DNA of 64,000 bases from NCBI GenBank assembly GCA_012295275.1, contig CM022671.1, positions 11,532,001-11,596,000 of the forward strand, given 5' to 3'. The notes under the pieces were generated by a model that had not been told where the DNA came from, made no database searches, and worked only from the letters and a program-made list of their open reading frames with translations. The translations under genes were made by a program, and so were the position numbers. The stretch's first letter is position 1. Every line of letters starts with the position of its first letter. Source of the stretch: Chrysomallon squamiferum. Lineage: Eukaryota > Animalia > Mollusca. This document shows positions 1-12,710 of this stretch, one piece after another.

Positions 1-1079
1 GGCTGCTTGTTGTGAGTTTACTTTTCGTGGTCATTCTGGAGATCACACCGTTTAATTTGTAACAGACTTGATTAGCAGTGTTTGGGTTCAGAATGTTGAG
101 AGGTAGGCCATTTTATGATGGATTAATTCAGTTTCTCTTAGAAAAGCAATTTCATCTTGGAACCTAATCAATGGGAAAATACTGTACATAAACTGAATAA
201 CAATCACACACACAAATATAATTAATTTAAAATACTGATTTTCTTTATGTCAGACTCTACAGTTGGTCTTCTTTTGGATTCCTTCAGTTTATTATTTCCT
301 AATTTATGAGAGATTTCAGTGACAAATATTTTGATTTGTAATATTAAAATCACTAATTCATGGATAAACTGAAAACTATGGATTTTTGGAATGTATGTAT
401 GTTTAGTCTGATTTTTGTTAATACAGTGACTGTGTTGTATGAGTGTTACGTTACTAAGTTATGTAACTAAAAGTGTATTTATATACATATATTCAACTTT
501 TGTAATTATTTTGTGTTTGTCTGTTTGTGATTTATTCTTTTTTAAATTTAGTTATATATGTCATTAATAATGTAATGATTTATTTTGTTTTACTGGGTTA
601 AGCTTGAAATAGTTTGTGACAGCACTTTTTTGAAAATGCTGATATATATAAATATGTCCACTACTGTTAGCTATAGATTTAAATGTACTTACAGAGAATT
701 ATAATGAATGTAGTTTTGTAGGATATTTATCATGACTGACTAATATATGTCTCTCATATTCATTTGGTGATTACAGTTTGCAATTAAGATGAAATAATAT
801 GTTAAGTTCTTTTTTTATTTCTTTCATTGATAAACAGTTTATTTTATAATGTTATTTTTCATGATATTTCTGAAATTTTATTGGAATTTTAGTTTGAGAA
901 TTAATGGGATATATTTTGAGTTTCAATATACTTATTAAAATTACAAATTTTAGTTTCAATATGCTTATAAAAAATACAAATGTTAGGATTAATATTCTCT
1001 TAAAAATTACAAAATGTCAGTTTTAGAATGTGTATAGATGTGTCAAGTTCAGTTCACATTTATTGTATAATTTTTTCAG

Positions 1080-1220
1080 GAGTTGGAAGAAACAGCAGCA
1101 GATGAAGCAGCAGCAGCAGATGTGGAGGAGAACAAGCCTCAAGACAAGCTGTACAGAGTTGCAGAAGAGCTGTGTAAGACTGAGAAAGATTATGTAACTC
1201 GTCTGCATCTTCTTCACCAG
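1080..1220 (+). CDS. FGD exon (acidic linker, start of DH: ELEETAADE...[20 protein letters not shown])
   Basis: ttttttcag| acceptor, CAG|gtgaga donor, 141 nt, phase 0-0; ELxxTExxYVxRL DH CR1 motif. Confidence 0.93.
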
Positions 1221-4200
1221 GTGAGATACACACGCAGGTGTTTCCTAACACACCCCACGTTTTAAGCATTTTGGAACAAGTAGTGTTAAGTGAAGAGGAT
1301 TTTTTCAGTTATTAAATGTAAACTTAATAAAAAATTATCTGTAGAATATATATAATTTTATCTTTTGTTGACAGTCTTCTTTTTGTCTGATGTTGTTAGT
1401 TTTTTTTGGGGGGGTGTTTTATTATTGTTTTTATTGTCATTGTCATTACTAACATCACAGTCCCTATCAGGTTAATACTTAATAATTTCAAAATCAGACA
1501 TACGGATTAGTCTATTTTCAAAGCTTTAAAATATTTTTATAATAGCAACTTGTCTGTGGAATGTCTAAATTGTTCTTTCTATTCAAATAAGCAATGTCAT
1601 AAAGTGGTATATCTCAGAATTATGATCCAGTTACGCATAAATATTATTAATGATTTTGTTTTAAATGTGGCAAAGACTTAAATATGAAAGAAAAGATCAG
1701 TATGTTCAGCAGACCCATTGTTTTACAGAATGGACATGCTACAGATGTGATGGTCCACAGTAACATTTCAATCATGATCATTGTTAAACTTGCTTGTTCC
1801 AACTGTCACAAGTATCAGTCATTAAATGTTCTGAAAACTGGTTTTAAAAGGTCTTAAAATTATCTTAAATATGATTTTATGAGAGGAGTCAGAATCACAG
1901 CATTATTATATTTATGATCATCATTGTCATCATCATCATCATCATTATTTATTTAGTTATTTAGTTAAGATAAAATAAGTTTAGACATACATAATTACCA
2001 AGTGGGTCTTTTTTTTCACAGTGTCTCTTTAATGAAGCTTCAGTTGTTGTTTTTTCTTTGATTTAGACTTTTTTTTGGTAAACCTCATCACTTCTAGATT
2101 GAAATTAAAGAAAATGACTTTCATAAATCATAAATGTTCAGAAATCTGAATTATTTGACTCATACATTTTATAACTGAATGTTTTCCAAACATCTGTTAC
2201 CAGAGTGAAACCACATTCTCCACTTTGTTTATAAATGAGATATTTGTTGTTTTCAGGTGTTCCACTTTCGAATAAAAATGAAAAATCGTCAAGAGAACTT
2301 TCTGCGAGATGAAGAGATCACCAAGATGTTTTCTAACATAGAGAGTATTTACCAGTTCCATCACGACTTCCTGCTGCCTCAGCTGGAGGAGAGGATGACC
2401 AACTGGTAACTATCAGTGTAGCTGAAAGTCAGAGATACACAGAAAATAGTGTACAGATTTCAGTTCAAAGCTTTGCTTTTGATCCAAGGTATAATAGGTT
2501 TAGGATCAATAGTCATTAGAGAAGCCTCTAGGTTGCCCCCCTTTGCAGCTTGTGAGACATACAGATTTATATAAAAAAAACTTTAGAAGTTCTTTCTGGT
2601 CTCTGGGAAAGAGAATTTAAAATGATGCTTGCTGTTATACTTTAGTATACTATTCATATTCCTTATGCTACATGTACTATTATTATTTGTGCTTCATCTA
2701 TTCATATTCACTATGCCACATGTATTCCTATTCATTACATATGTTATACTACACCTATATATATTCACATTCTTTATGTCACAAGCCTGGTTTTGATTAC
2801 ACACACTTTAATTACATTTCTTACAGGGCCACTCACCCGTACATTGGAGACTTGATGAAGAAGAATGCACCATTTCTGAAGCTTTACACAGACTACGTGA
2901 AAAACTTTGACAATGCAATGAACATGATCAACAAGTGCCAACAGAAATCTAACAAATTCACAGCAATAATTGAAGAAATACAAGTAAAGAAATGTTTTTA
3001 TACAACAACCTTTTTTTTTTTTTTTTTTGATGATTTCAGCAGTGCCGGTATTTAATATTTGAATAATAACAAATTGTTGACAGACATGTCATAAGCTATT
3101 CTTTCTTAAATAATATTTCATTTAACATTATAACTGTCATAGATAAGAGGTTGCATTTCTGATAGGAAATTTGGATTTAAGCTTTTTTATTCATCATATT
3201 TGTACTCATGTACATACTGAACACCCATCCACAAACAGTACATAAATGCACACAGAATAAATATATACTATATATAATTACAAATATTGTTTACACTATA
3301 AATATCTATAAGTAATGTGAATGATCAAATTATGTCACTTTGTGTTTCCAGCGGGAACCAGAGTGTGGAAATCTAACTCTTCAACATCACATGCTAGGAC
3401 CCATTCAACGAGTGCCAAGATATGAACTCTTGTTGAAAGGTTTTTATTAACTGTTTTTTTATTAATTGCATTGTTAAGCAATTTCACTTTATTCTCTCTA
3501 ACACAGGAATGTTTAATCCAGTTATTATAGATTAAGTTCAGCTGCCTAAAAACATTATACGTGCAGTTCAATACAGTATTGGCTGTTTATCATTACATAT
3601 TAAAATCTTTATATAAACTAATGCTTTATCCTGAATTTTATCAGATTGGTAAATGGTTCAGTGTCACATTCAGGTTTATTGATTATGTGTATGAAATAAA
3701 TATATCATTTAACTGTTCTTATCATTTTATTTCATTGTGAATTTATTTTATTTCAAAAATAACTTTTTCATATTTTTTTCTTTTCTGAAGATTACATCAA
3801 ACATCTGCCACCAGATTCCCCAGACCATAATGATTCAAAAGGTAAGAAGGTTTAAAAGCGATCCAAGATTATTCATTTATTGACGTTTATGCATGTTCAC
3901 TTATTATTACACCTAATTCTGGGCACAATACTGTTCCCAAAAATTAATTAGGCAGTTTCTGTTTTGCGTGGCACAGATTATAATTCAGAAAAATAAAATA
4001 TTTTATATTTTGGTTTTTCAAAAATATGTTGCTTTGTGGTCATTTATTTCGTTGGCCAGTGACTCAGTCTATGTTGCGTTGTTGTTCTGGTAAATTTCTA
4101 TAGTAACAGTATGACTGAATTAATAAAAATTATACAAAGAAGAAAACAAAATGTGTGTAAATTCATACATTAGCATGTAATAAGCATCTAATTTATTTCC

Positions 4201-7200
4201 TTTAATAATATTTGTTTAATATGTTTATCTTGTTAATATCATACAAAAACCAAGTTATTTAAAAAACATATATGTATTTGTGATGTGATTATTGTATTTG
4301 TTTTAGTAATATTTTAAGATTATTGTAGAAATTTATTCTGTGGATTTTTTCAGTTGCTCTTGAGTTGGTAACAACAGCAGCAAAACATTCCAATGAAGCC
4401 ATGAAGAAAATAGTAAATATTGTTTTTCTTCAAATACTTTCACATAATGCATTCAAACTTTGTGACTAAATACAGACTAAATAGTTGAATGAAAAAAAAT
4501 TAATGACAGTGTTTTAAAACAATATTTGGTTTTTTGATTAGATAAAATTGTTGATGGAAATACAAAATAGGATTATTACTGGTTAAGTAAAGAAAACAGA
4601 AGTAACAATGACAAATAATTCTAATTTATCTTTCTCTAAACACTAATGATTTTTCTTTTTCTTTGTCTTTATTTAGTTAATTATGTTAAATTATTTGAAA
4701 GATTATGTCTTCTGATAACAAACTTATTATTTTATCCAGGAAAAATTTGAAAAACTTCTAGAAATCCACCAGAGGTTGCGAGGGATCAATGTTGATTTTA
4801 TCAGCCCAACACGAGAACTACTCAGAGAGGGACCAATAACAAAAATATCAGCCAGAAGTGGAGAAAAACAGATTAGATATTTATTTTTAGTACGTACCTT
4901 TCTTAGATCAGGCAGTTAAATAAAATATACTTTTATATCCGTTTGCTATTTCTGTGAGAAACTGTGGATAATATCATCACCAGAACTGATTTCGTTTTTG
5001 CTATTATATTATACTGAAATTATTTAACTTTATTTAACTTTAAAAACAATAAACATTTCCCCAATCCTTCAGAACTGCATTGGAAAAAGTTAAAATGTAT
5101 GAATGGAAACTGAAGTAAGAGATGTTTGGTTGCAGTTTTATTTTGGAGATATTCCCTCATTTTTAATGCATTTATTGCTCCTTTATTTTAATTTTTTTTT
5201 TAAATTTAAAATTTTTAATTTTCATTTTCTAACTTTAAAAAAAATATATATATGTGGATGCCATGAAAACCTTTTTTAGGAGAATTATTTGTTAAATTAT
5301 AGTTATATTTCTTACAATAACTTGATTTTAAACATCAAAAACTTTTATTGTTGCTTTTCCTGTGTTTTCAGTTCAATGACATGTTACTCATATGTAGTGA
5401 ACTGTTGCTGAAAACGTACAAAGTGCGAGCGCAGCTGGACATTGATGGAATGGAGGTATGAAATATTTTTTATTTGTTTATCACATTGTTACATTATTTA
5501 CTGTATTATTTGCTTAGGTGATGAAAAGCATCTACATTAATAAATAGAGAGTATTATTCTTCTTTTGTTTATAAAATATAACCATATCTGATTTTATGTG
5601 AAAAAACTGAAAGAATTTGAACATTTATATTACATAGATTCAGATTTTTACCTTATTATTCCTCTTTGGAGTTAGATTTTATTACTTTTGATTTTTTTGC
5701 TTAAATTTATATATTTGATTAGTGTTTTCCATTCTTGATGAATGGATTTGAATATTTTACACCATTGAAGAAGCTGTCCAATATATATTTTATTTATTTT
5801 GTAAAAAAAAATAGATTTGTTTCTATGAGACATGTTTTTATATTTATTTTAACATTAATATATAATATTAACTTTGGTTTCTTTTTTCATGAGATGCAAT
5901 TATAATGTTTTAAAAATTTAGTATCTGTTTTACTTATAGTAAAAACCATATTTAAATAATTTTTTTATATCGTGTACTTCTGTTCATATATATATACACA
6001 CAGGCTAAAATAATCAAGTAGCAGCCCACATTTGAAGAATATTTGATTATTTGTTTCAGATGCGAAGTGGTGAAAATACAACAATTCCAAACACTTTTTG
6101 TGTCCTAAGCAAACAGAAAGTCATAGAATTAATGGAACATGAGTAAGTAGTTAGTTCTAGTTTTGATGCAGTTATTTCTATCTGTCTTTCTGTCTGACTG
6201 TCTATCTATGTATCTGTCTATTTTCTTCAAAGGTAGACTGGTACTTGATTATTTTGGTTAAAGTAATGTATAGATAGATAGATTATAGACATACACACAC
6301 ACACACACGCAATGTTGTTTTACTTATGTTGCCTAAATACATTTGAATTAATTCAGAGTAATTGTTTTGTTTAATAATGACACATCACAGAAATTAAATA
6401 AAATAAAACAAATTTATGAACTAGTGGATATTGGAAAAAGGTAAACATGTAAATGAATCTCTTTTCAAGATGGCTGAGAAAAACGAAGCTTTATGAACTG
6501 GTTATTATAGTATACAATATATTTATTTGGATTTTTAAACTACCTTTTTTTTCCTCAAAGATTAAAATAATAAAATCTTTTGAATAATATATGGAATTTA
6601 ATTCTAAATTTTTCTGTTTCTAGAAACCAAGCTGGAGAAGAGCGAAGTTGGAAAGATGTAAGCAATACCTTATACATCTTTTTAATTACTTATTTTTAAA
6701 AAAATGGTAGTATGCAAACTAATGAAAATTACCTTCCACATTTTAATTAATTACTAAGAATGATCATATCAAACTGAAGGATGAATGAACCACACTTTGA
6801 AAACTTTGATTTTCAATTGCTCATTTTTGTGTTTTTTCTGATCTGTGGTGTTACATTTATAGTTTTAAAACAACAGCACATTTATTTTAATTTGAAATGT
6901 ACTATATCTTTTGAAATTATCTTGGGTTTTTTTCAAAGTGTTGTTCAGTTAAACACATTATGTAGAATGGTTATTTTCTTTTCCTTTTCAGTCAATAAGT
7001 AAAGCAATTTCAGATCTTGAACAGAAGAAACAACAATTGCTGTCAAGTTTAGCAGAAATGACTCACAATCAAGAACCAATGGTATATTTAATGTGTTACT
7101 TACACTTAGATACTTCTTTCTTTTTTCTTTTTTCCTTGAATGAATCTGCTCCTATCATTTTCTTTTGTTTTTAATTTATAGTTCTTACTCTTGGCATTTT

Positions 7201-10200
7201 TATTAGATTTCGTAGATTTTTCCAAGTAGATTTTTTAATAATAAATTTAAAAAATATTATATTTCCTGAAATACTTGTTTTATTTGATTCTTTCTGACTT
7301 AAAATTGCTAAATATCTCTCTTGTTCATTTAATTAACCAACTGCAGTGATAAAATATTTTTACTTTCCTATTCAGAACAACGTAACAATAATGCAGTACA
7401 TTTTATTTTAAATTTTACTCAATATACAATTTTTTCAAATTAGCTTTCAGACTCATGTTTAGGACGGAGGGCTCCATGTTGGGTTGCCGATGATCAGGCG
7501 ACATACTGTATGAGGTGTGACAAGGGTTTTTCTACACTGCGCAGACGCCACCACTGCAGAGCGTGTGGCTGGGTGAGCTGAACAATCCTCACTTCTCTTT
7601 ATCATTTCACTTTTACATTACATGCTATGCTTCTTTTTTTAATTTTCTTCTTTTTTTTTTAAGTATTGTTTTTCATCATCATTATTATTTTTTAGCACTT
7701 TCATGAAGAAAAACTAACTTCAGTGTTTAGTATCAGTGACATTATGTTAGCTAGTTTTCAGAGCTGGATTTAACTTTAAGCATCCCTGACAATTGCTAAA
7801 TCAGTTTAATTGAAATGCTTTCTTGTTTTACAGGTTATATGTAACAAGTGTTGTCGTAAAGCTCCCCTCGCTTACCTCAACAACCGGATTGACAGAGTGT
7901 GCACCAAGTGCTACTCTGTCATAGTCCACTCCTCAGAAAACACAGAACCTGCACGTAAAGGACCATCAAAACCTTCAAATGGTGTTCTGCAGGTTTGTTA
8001 GATGTGTAGACTCTGTTCTGCTGCTTTTCTTGTCACTGGCTTCTCAGAATTATCCGTCTAAAAAAATGTTAACATTTTGCCAAACACATTTTACTGCTTT
8101 ATTCACTGCATTCCTAATGATTATTCACACACAGAATTGTTTGTTTACATTTGTTATAAACATTTCTTACATATTCTGAATTTACATTAGTCTTTGTATC
8201 AGCTGCTTTCTTGTAACTGAAATATATAATATGACACCAAAATATAATTTCTGTGATAATACAAATATTTGTACGAGCTAGGTAGTAACCATTTTGAGTT
8301 GGTAGGACATTTTTCTTGCATCTTCTGCATTATTAAGCCATTGTGTCAGTTCTTTCACATGTGTAATACAATCTCATGGCCTGTTTTCACTAACTCGTGT
8401 CTGTTTAAGACAAAACTGTTTATTTATGTTACCAGGTTGTTTACTTTTTCTCAGTTTTTATGATTAAAAGAAATCATGTTGTATTTGTCTTTGTCGTTTT
8501 TCCTCATTTCTCTTTGCCATTGTTTATATAGAGCTTCTTTATTATTTAACACATATACAAAGATAATTTTAACTTAAAATCAATTTTTTGCTTTTAATTA
8601 TTATATTCATTGTTGATAAATTTTTATAGTTTATTATTTGATGAATCTGTAAATAAATTAAAAAAACTTAAGCAGTAACTTGTATCTATTGCCCCAAAAA
8701 ACTGATTTAAAACAAAACAATTAGTTAATTTTCATTAAGAAATAAAAATTGTTTGAATCTAAATAATTTATTGTTTAGATTTTAATATTCCTTTAATCAA
8801 GTTAATATATTTTGTAATAAAATTTAATATATATTACACTTTTAATTAATTATATTTATTTAAAATTAAACTTTTACTTGGTTAGATTAAGCATACAAAT
8901 GCATGAATGTTAAATTATTAGTTACTTGAGTCATGTTAAAAAAAGTGAACTAAATTATTTACCATTTTGTATGCTAGTAATTACATTTATTTCTATAAAA
9001 GCATACTATTAATTAACATCACACACACACACATTATCATTTCAGTTGAATGTGCAGTAAGTATGTATCATTATATTAGTGTGTCAAGGACCATAATTTC
9101 ACTTCAGTGAATATGTGGATTTATCTCCCTAATTTTACAATTAAATTGCTTCACGTTGGTGAACTTTGTTGAGGGATTATTTTGAATTATTTATGTTTGA
9201 CATCAACTGTTTGTGTGATTTTCATGAAAAACTTTTGAAATCTGGTATGTCTGCACATTATTATTCATTCTACTTGTTTTGCTAATTATGTAACTGACAG
9301 CCATTTGACAAATATTTCCTTCATTTATTTGTTGCTTTTTTATTATGATTACTTATTGTTGACAGTAGGTTTAATTTGTATTTAGTTTTTGTATAATATT
9401 TGATATACTGTGTGTGTGCATTATTTTTAAAACTTTATTTAAAATGGGATTAAATAAAATAAATTTAGTTTTTAATCAGTAATGCAAGAATTGTGGTTCT
9501 AGAAGTAAAAATAATGTTTTCTAAAGTAAAAAGGAAGAAAACGACAACAGTGACAGAGTATTGTTTTATTTTGATTTAAATTTTATATTGATAAACCTAC
9601 ATGAGAGATTGAGAGTTTGTATGTGTGTGTCTGTGCAGTTAAGTAGCACATACAGTTATTTTAATAATACTGAAGCATGCACACATGCACATGTACAAAT
9701 GATAAATTATGAAACAGTAAACCCATTGCTCAAACTTTCCTTTTTTATTTTTTATTTTATTTTTTATCCTCAAATAAAGTATAGATAATATGAATACACA
9801 TATAGATGGATACTGTAATGTTTTAAAATCATTTCTTTTCCTGACAAAATACCAAAATATATCTGAATATATTTTCAAAACACTTATATTATTATTCATT
9901 GTAATGTCATACCCAAAAATTGACACTATCGGTGTCAGTTTTCAACATAATTAAATCTTCCACTTGGAAATCCTGTACCTTGAACATGAAGCTGTTGTTA
10001 CTTAAATGTTCTTCTTACGTGCATGACAAACTCACCAATGTTTCCTGTCTCAAAACTTCATTTCCTTGTGTATATATCTGTAACAGAACTGCTAATAAAT
10101 GTTAATCACAAAACAAAGATCTGGTTGATATATTACTAATTATTTCTTCAAATAAAACCTAAAATTAAAAATGATATTAAAAAAAGTAAAATTAATAAAA

Positions 10201-12710
10201 TTAATAATAATAAATAAAATAATATAAATAAACAGCAGAACAAAATACATGTTAAATAAAGTTAAATAATTTAAACTTGGGGAAGATGAAAAAAAAAAAT
10301 GAAATAAAATAACCATCAAATTTAAACTTGGTGAAAATAAATTATAAATATTGAATATTGTAATAATATATGAAGAAAATACAAAGTAAATGTGCTAACT
10401 CAAGTGTAAAACTGTGCTTTTAAAGATTTCTTCTTTTTATACTGAAAGTTGAGAACTTTTTAATCACTATGATAAGGAAGTATTATACTGAAATAACTGT
10501 GATAAATACACAGGAATGATAGTTTCCTTTTTTAAAACACTTGTTTGAATATTATGTACCAAGTGCCTTGTTTAATATTTTTTAATTATTAGTTTCTTGT
10601 TTTTTCACTGGTTGGTGTTTTCCTTTTTAATAAGGAAGATACATGGATGTAGATATATTTTACCTACAAAGAGATTTTTCAAAATAGAACACTTTTAAAC
10701 TTAAGTTTAAAATAATTCACAATTATTAAATGGTTTGATTATTTTTAATAATAATAATAATAATAATAATAATGTTCTACTCTTAAAAATAGATATATTT
10801 TACCTATTTGAGTTTTCATTATATTAAATAATGTATTAAATATGTTTTTATTTAACATTTTGTTTTATAGATATTTTTTATATTTCACTCTTTTGTATTG
10901 TATATGTAATACTTGAATAATTTTTATTTTTATTATTATTATTATTATTATTACTGAGCATAATTTTCTTTGAATTTGATTTATTACTTCTTTCTTTTCA
11001 TTTATATTTTATTTTTATTTATTTATAATATAATTATAAGTTTACATTTTTTTTAAATTTTTTTGATAATTGTTTTGCTGTTATATTTTCTCATTATCAT
11101 TTTCAGTTCTTCAGTTAGCATGTGTATATTTATTTAATTAATTTTATTCTTTTTATAATTTAGATATAATAATTTTTTATTTTTTTTTGTTCAGGTTGAG
11201 GCATCTGATCCAGCAATTCTGTCAGGCTACCTGTCAATGAGTCCAGACAAAGGCAGGACTTGGATGAAACGCTGGTTTGCTGTTCACCGTGATTTTGTCA
11301 TGTATTCTTTTAAAGGAAACCAAGTAAATATAAAAATAATATATGTACAGCTAAATTGCAAAAGGGCTTAAATCCATGATTTACAGAATTGATCTTCATA
11401 CATTGGCTGTTTATGTATGTTATTGGGTTGTTATGTTTTTCCTTGTTTAAAAATAATATATGCCCTTTTGCAGATAAATATGATGACAGAAAATCATGGG
11501 ACTGGAAGTAAAAATAACAAGAAAAGTTTGAAAAATAATAACAAAACCAAAAAAAATTACTCTTTTAAAAGAGATATATTAACAATAATTGCAAGGAAAA
11601 TGATAATGCAGAATTGTTCTTGTATATGTGTATCATTTTTACATGTAAAATAATGTCCCAATACAGTGATATTTTATTACAAGTATAGAATGGTCCACTG
11701 AAATAAATAACTAGGTAGAAGATATGACATGAACATTTATATCTTTCAGGACAAATCAGCATTGACATCTCTCCCATTACCTGGCTTTATTCCTGAGGTA
11801 GCTACAGCCAAAGACACAGATAAAAGTAATGTGTTTAAACTGAGACACAAAGACAAGAAAGTGTTTTTCTACCAGACTGACAACGAGAAACAGATGAGAA
11901 AGTAAGTCGTTATTTCACATTGTGAACAGATGTACGATAAACAACTATTATGTTTGTGTGCTTGATGTATGTACTATGTATTTGTGTGTATGATGTATGT
12001 ACTGTTATGTACACACATAAGCCATTTACATTCATGAAAGGCAGAATTTTTTACTGTTCACTTTAGCCATAATTATCATAATATATTAGAAAAAACTTTT
12101 ACACAAATGGCTCAGTTTTGGAAACAATTAAGTTCTATATGGACACACTTAAATATTAACACATAGTAACATAGTAGTATATTATGAGAATTATTTATTT
12201 CTTGTGCTTTATGAAATGTGTGTATAAAATTCACAGTTGGTCAATATTGGAAAAAATTTAATTCTACTCCAAACATACTGAAAAAGATTAGCAGATAGAA
12301 ACATGTTGTTAACATAATTCTTTGTTTTATGTGTGTTTAAAGTGTATAGTTGATTTCCACAGATGGTTGAAAAAAAAAGAATTCTGTACAGAACATACTT
12401 AGCTTTATAATATGAAAATTCTTTGTTTATTGTGTTTTTAAACTGTGTATGTAAAATTGACAGATGGGTCAGTGTATTGGAGAAACTAGTTAAGCTGGAA
12501 CTTCCGGACGACTCACAACGTCTTTCCTCACAATCAAGTGCCAGCAGCAGCACTGACAACACTGACAACAGTGATGTTGACACTAGCATGGCTGACAGCA
12601 ATCCTGTCAGTCTCAACATGGGTGGCAACAACAAAGACAGTAACACACCAAATGCAGCTGCTGGAGTCGGTATTACTAACCAAGACAATCTTCATTCATC
12701 TGCAGCTTAA
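1080..12710 (+). CDS. FGD4: FYVE, RhoGEF and PH domain-containing protein (FGD1-4/frabin subfamily Cdc42 GEF), 5'-partial, 16 coding exons, 633 aa visible
   Basis: Exons with canonical GT-AG ends join in phase (1902 nt incl. stop). DH motifs [64 protein letters not shown]; PH1 ELLREG..RYLFLFNDMLL; [27 protein letters not shown]; PH2 SGYL..WMKRWF..LPLPGF..W. The symbol marks the closest subfamily (co-orthologous to vertebrate FGD1-4), not one-to-one orthology. Confidence 0.95.
2257..2405 (+). CDS. FGD exon (DH: VFHFRIKM...[26 protein letters not shown])
   Basis: tttcag| acceptor, TG|gtaact donor, 149 nt, phase 0-2. Confidence 0.95.
2827..2983 (+). CDS. FGD exon (DH: [30 protein letters not shown]...IEEIQ)
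   Basis: ttacag| acceptor, CAA|gtaaag donor, 157 nt, phase 2-0. Confidence 0.95.
3352..3439 (+). CDS. FGD exon (DH CR3: [29 protein letters not shown])
   Basis: tttccag| acceptor, AAG|gttttt donor, 88 nt, phase 0-1. Confidence 0.95.
3791..3841 (+). CDS. FGD exon (DH: [17 protein letters not shown])
   Basis: ttctgaag| acceptor, G|gtaaga donor, 51 nt, phase 1-1. Confidence 0.93.
4354..4412 (+). CDS. FGD exon (DH end: [20 protein letters not shown])
   Basis: tttttcag| acceptor, ATA|gtaaat donor, 59 nt, phase 1-0. Confidence 0.93.
4740..4889 (+). CDS. FGD exon (DH-PH1: [13 protein letters not shown]...[26 protein letters not shown])
   Basis: tatccag| acceptor, TTA|gtacgt donor, 150 nt, phase 0-0. 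Confidence 0.94.
5372..5455 (+). CDS. FGD exon (PH1: [28 protein letters not shown])
   Basis: ttttcag| acceptor, GAG|gtatga donor, 84 nt, phase 0-0. Confidence 0.94.
6060..6142 (+). CDS. FGD exon (PH1: [27 protein letters not shown])
   Basis: gtttcag| acceptor, GA|gtaagt donor, 83 nt, phase 0-2. Confidence 0.92.
6624..6657 (+). CDS. FGD mini-exon (PH1 C-terminal helix Trp: [12 protein letters not shown])
   Basis: gtttctag| acceptor, GAT|gtaagc donor, 34 nt, phase 2-0; needed to restore frame and supplies the invariant PH Trp. Confidence 0.88.
6992..7081 (+). CDS. FGD exon ([30 protein letters not shown])
   Basis: ccttttcag| acceptor, ATG|gtatat donor, 90 nt, phase 0-0. Confidence 0.88.
7444..7572 (+). 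CDS. FGD exon (FYVE N-half: [43 protein letters not shown])
   Basis: In-frame acceptor aattag| at 7443, TGG|gtgagc donor, 129 nt, phase 0-0; RRHHCR signature. Confidence 0.92.
7834..7992 (+). CDS. FGD exon (FYVE C-half: [27 protein letters not shown]...GVLQ)
   Basis: ttttacag| acceptor, CAG|gtttgt donor, 159 nt, phase 0-0. Confidence 0.94.
11195..11323 (+). CDS. FGD exon (PH2: [43 protein letters not shown])
   Basis: poly-T ttcag| acceptor, CAA|gtaaat donor, 129 nt, phase 0-0. Confidence 0.94.
11750..11901 (+). CDS. FGD exon (PH2: [13 protein letters not shown]...[24 protein letters not shown])
   Basis: ctttcag| acceptor, AA|gtaagt donor, 152 nt, phase 0-2. Confidence 0.94.
12464..12710 (+). 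CDS. FGD last coding exon ([10 protein letters not shown]... Ser/Asn/Asp-rich tail ...LHSSAA*)
   Basis: ttgacag| acceptor, phase 2, PH2 terminal Trp, TAA at 12708-12710. Confidence 0.92.

Noticed and set aside
93-108. ATG TTG AGA G|gtaggc as the FGD start exon
   Set aside because: Its phase-1 donor does not fit the phase-0 exon at 1080 (joining hits TGA within 12 codons); it could only be a non-coding or uORF leader
2630-2790. Tyr/Ser/His-rich N-terminal part of ORF 2672-3055
   Set aside because: Degenerate intronic tandem repeat (tattcatattc..tatgc.acatg); only 2827-2983 is exon
10650-10806. 17-bp direct repeat tagatatattttaccta flanking an (AAT)n-containing segment, a possible retroposon TSD
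   Set aside because: The interior is low-complexity AT sequence with no recognisable element
12209-12688. 159-aa minus-strand ORF
   Set aside because: Antisense shadow of the last FGD exon plus intron; no independent features
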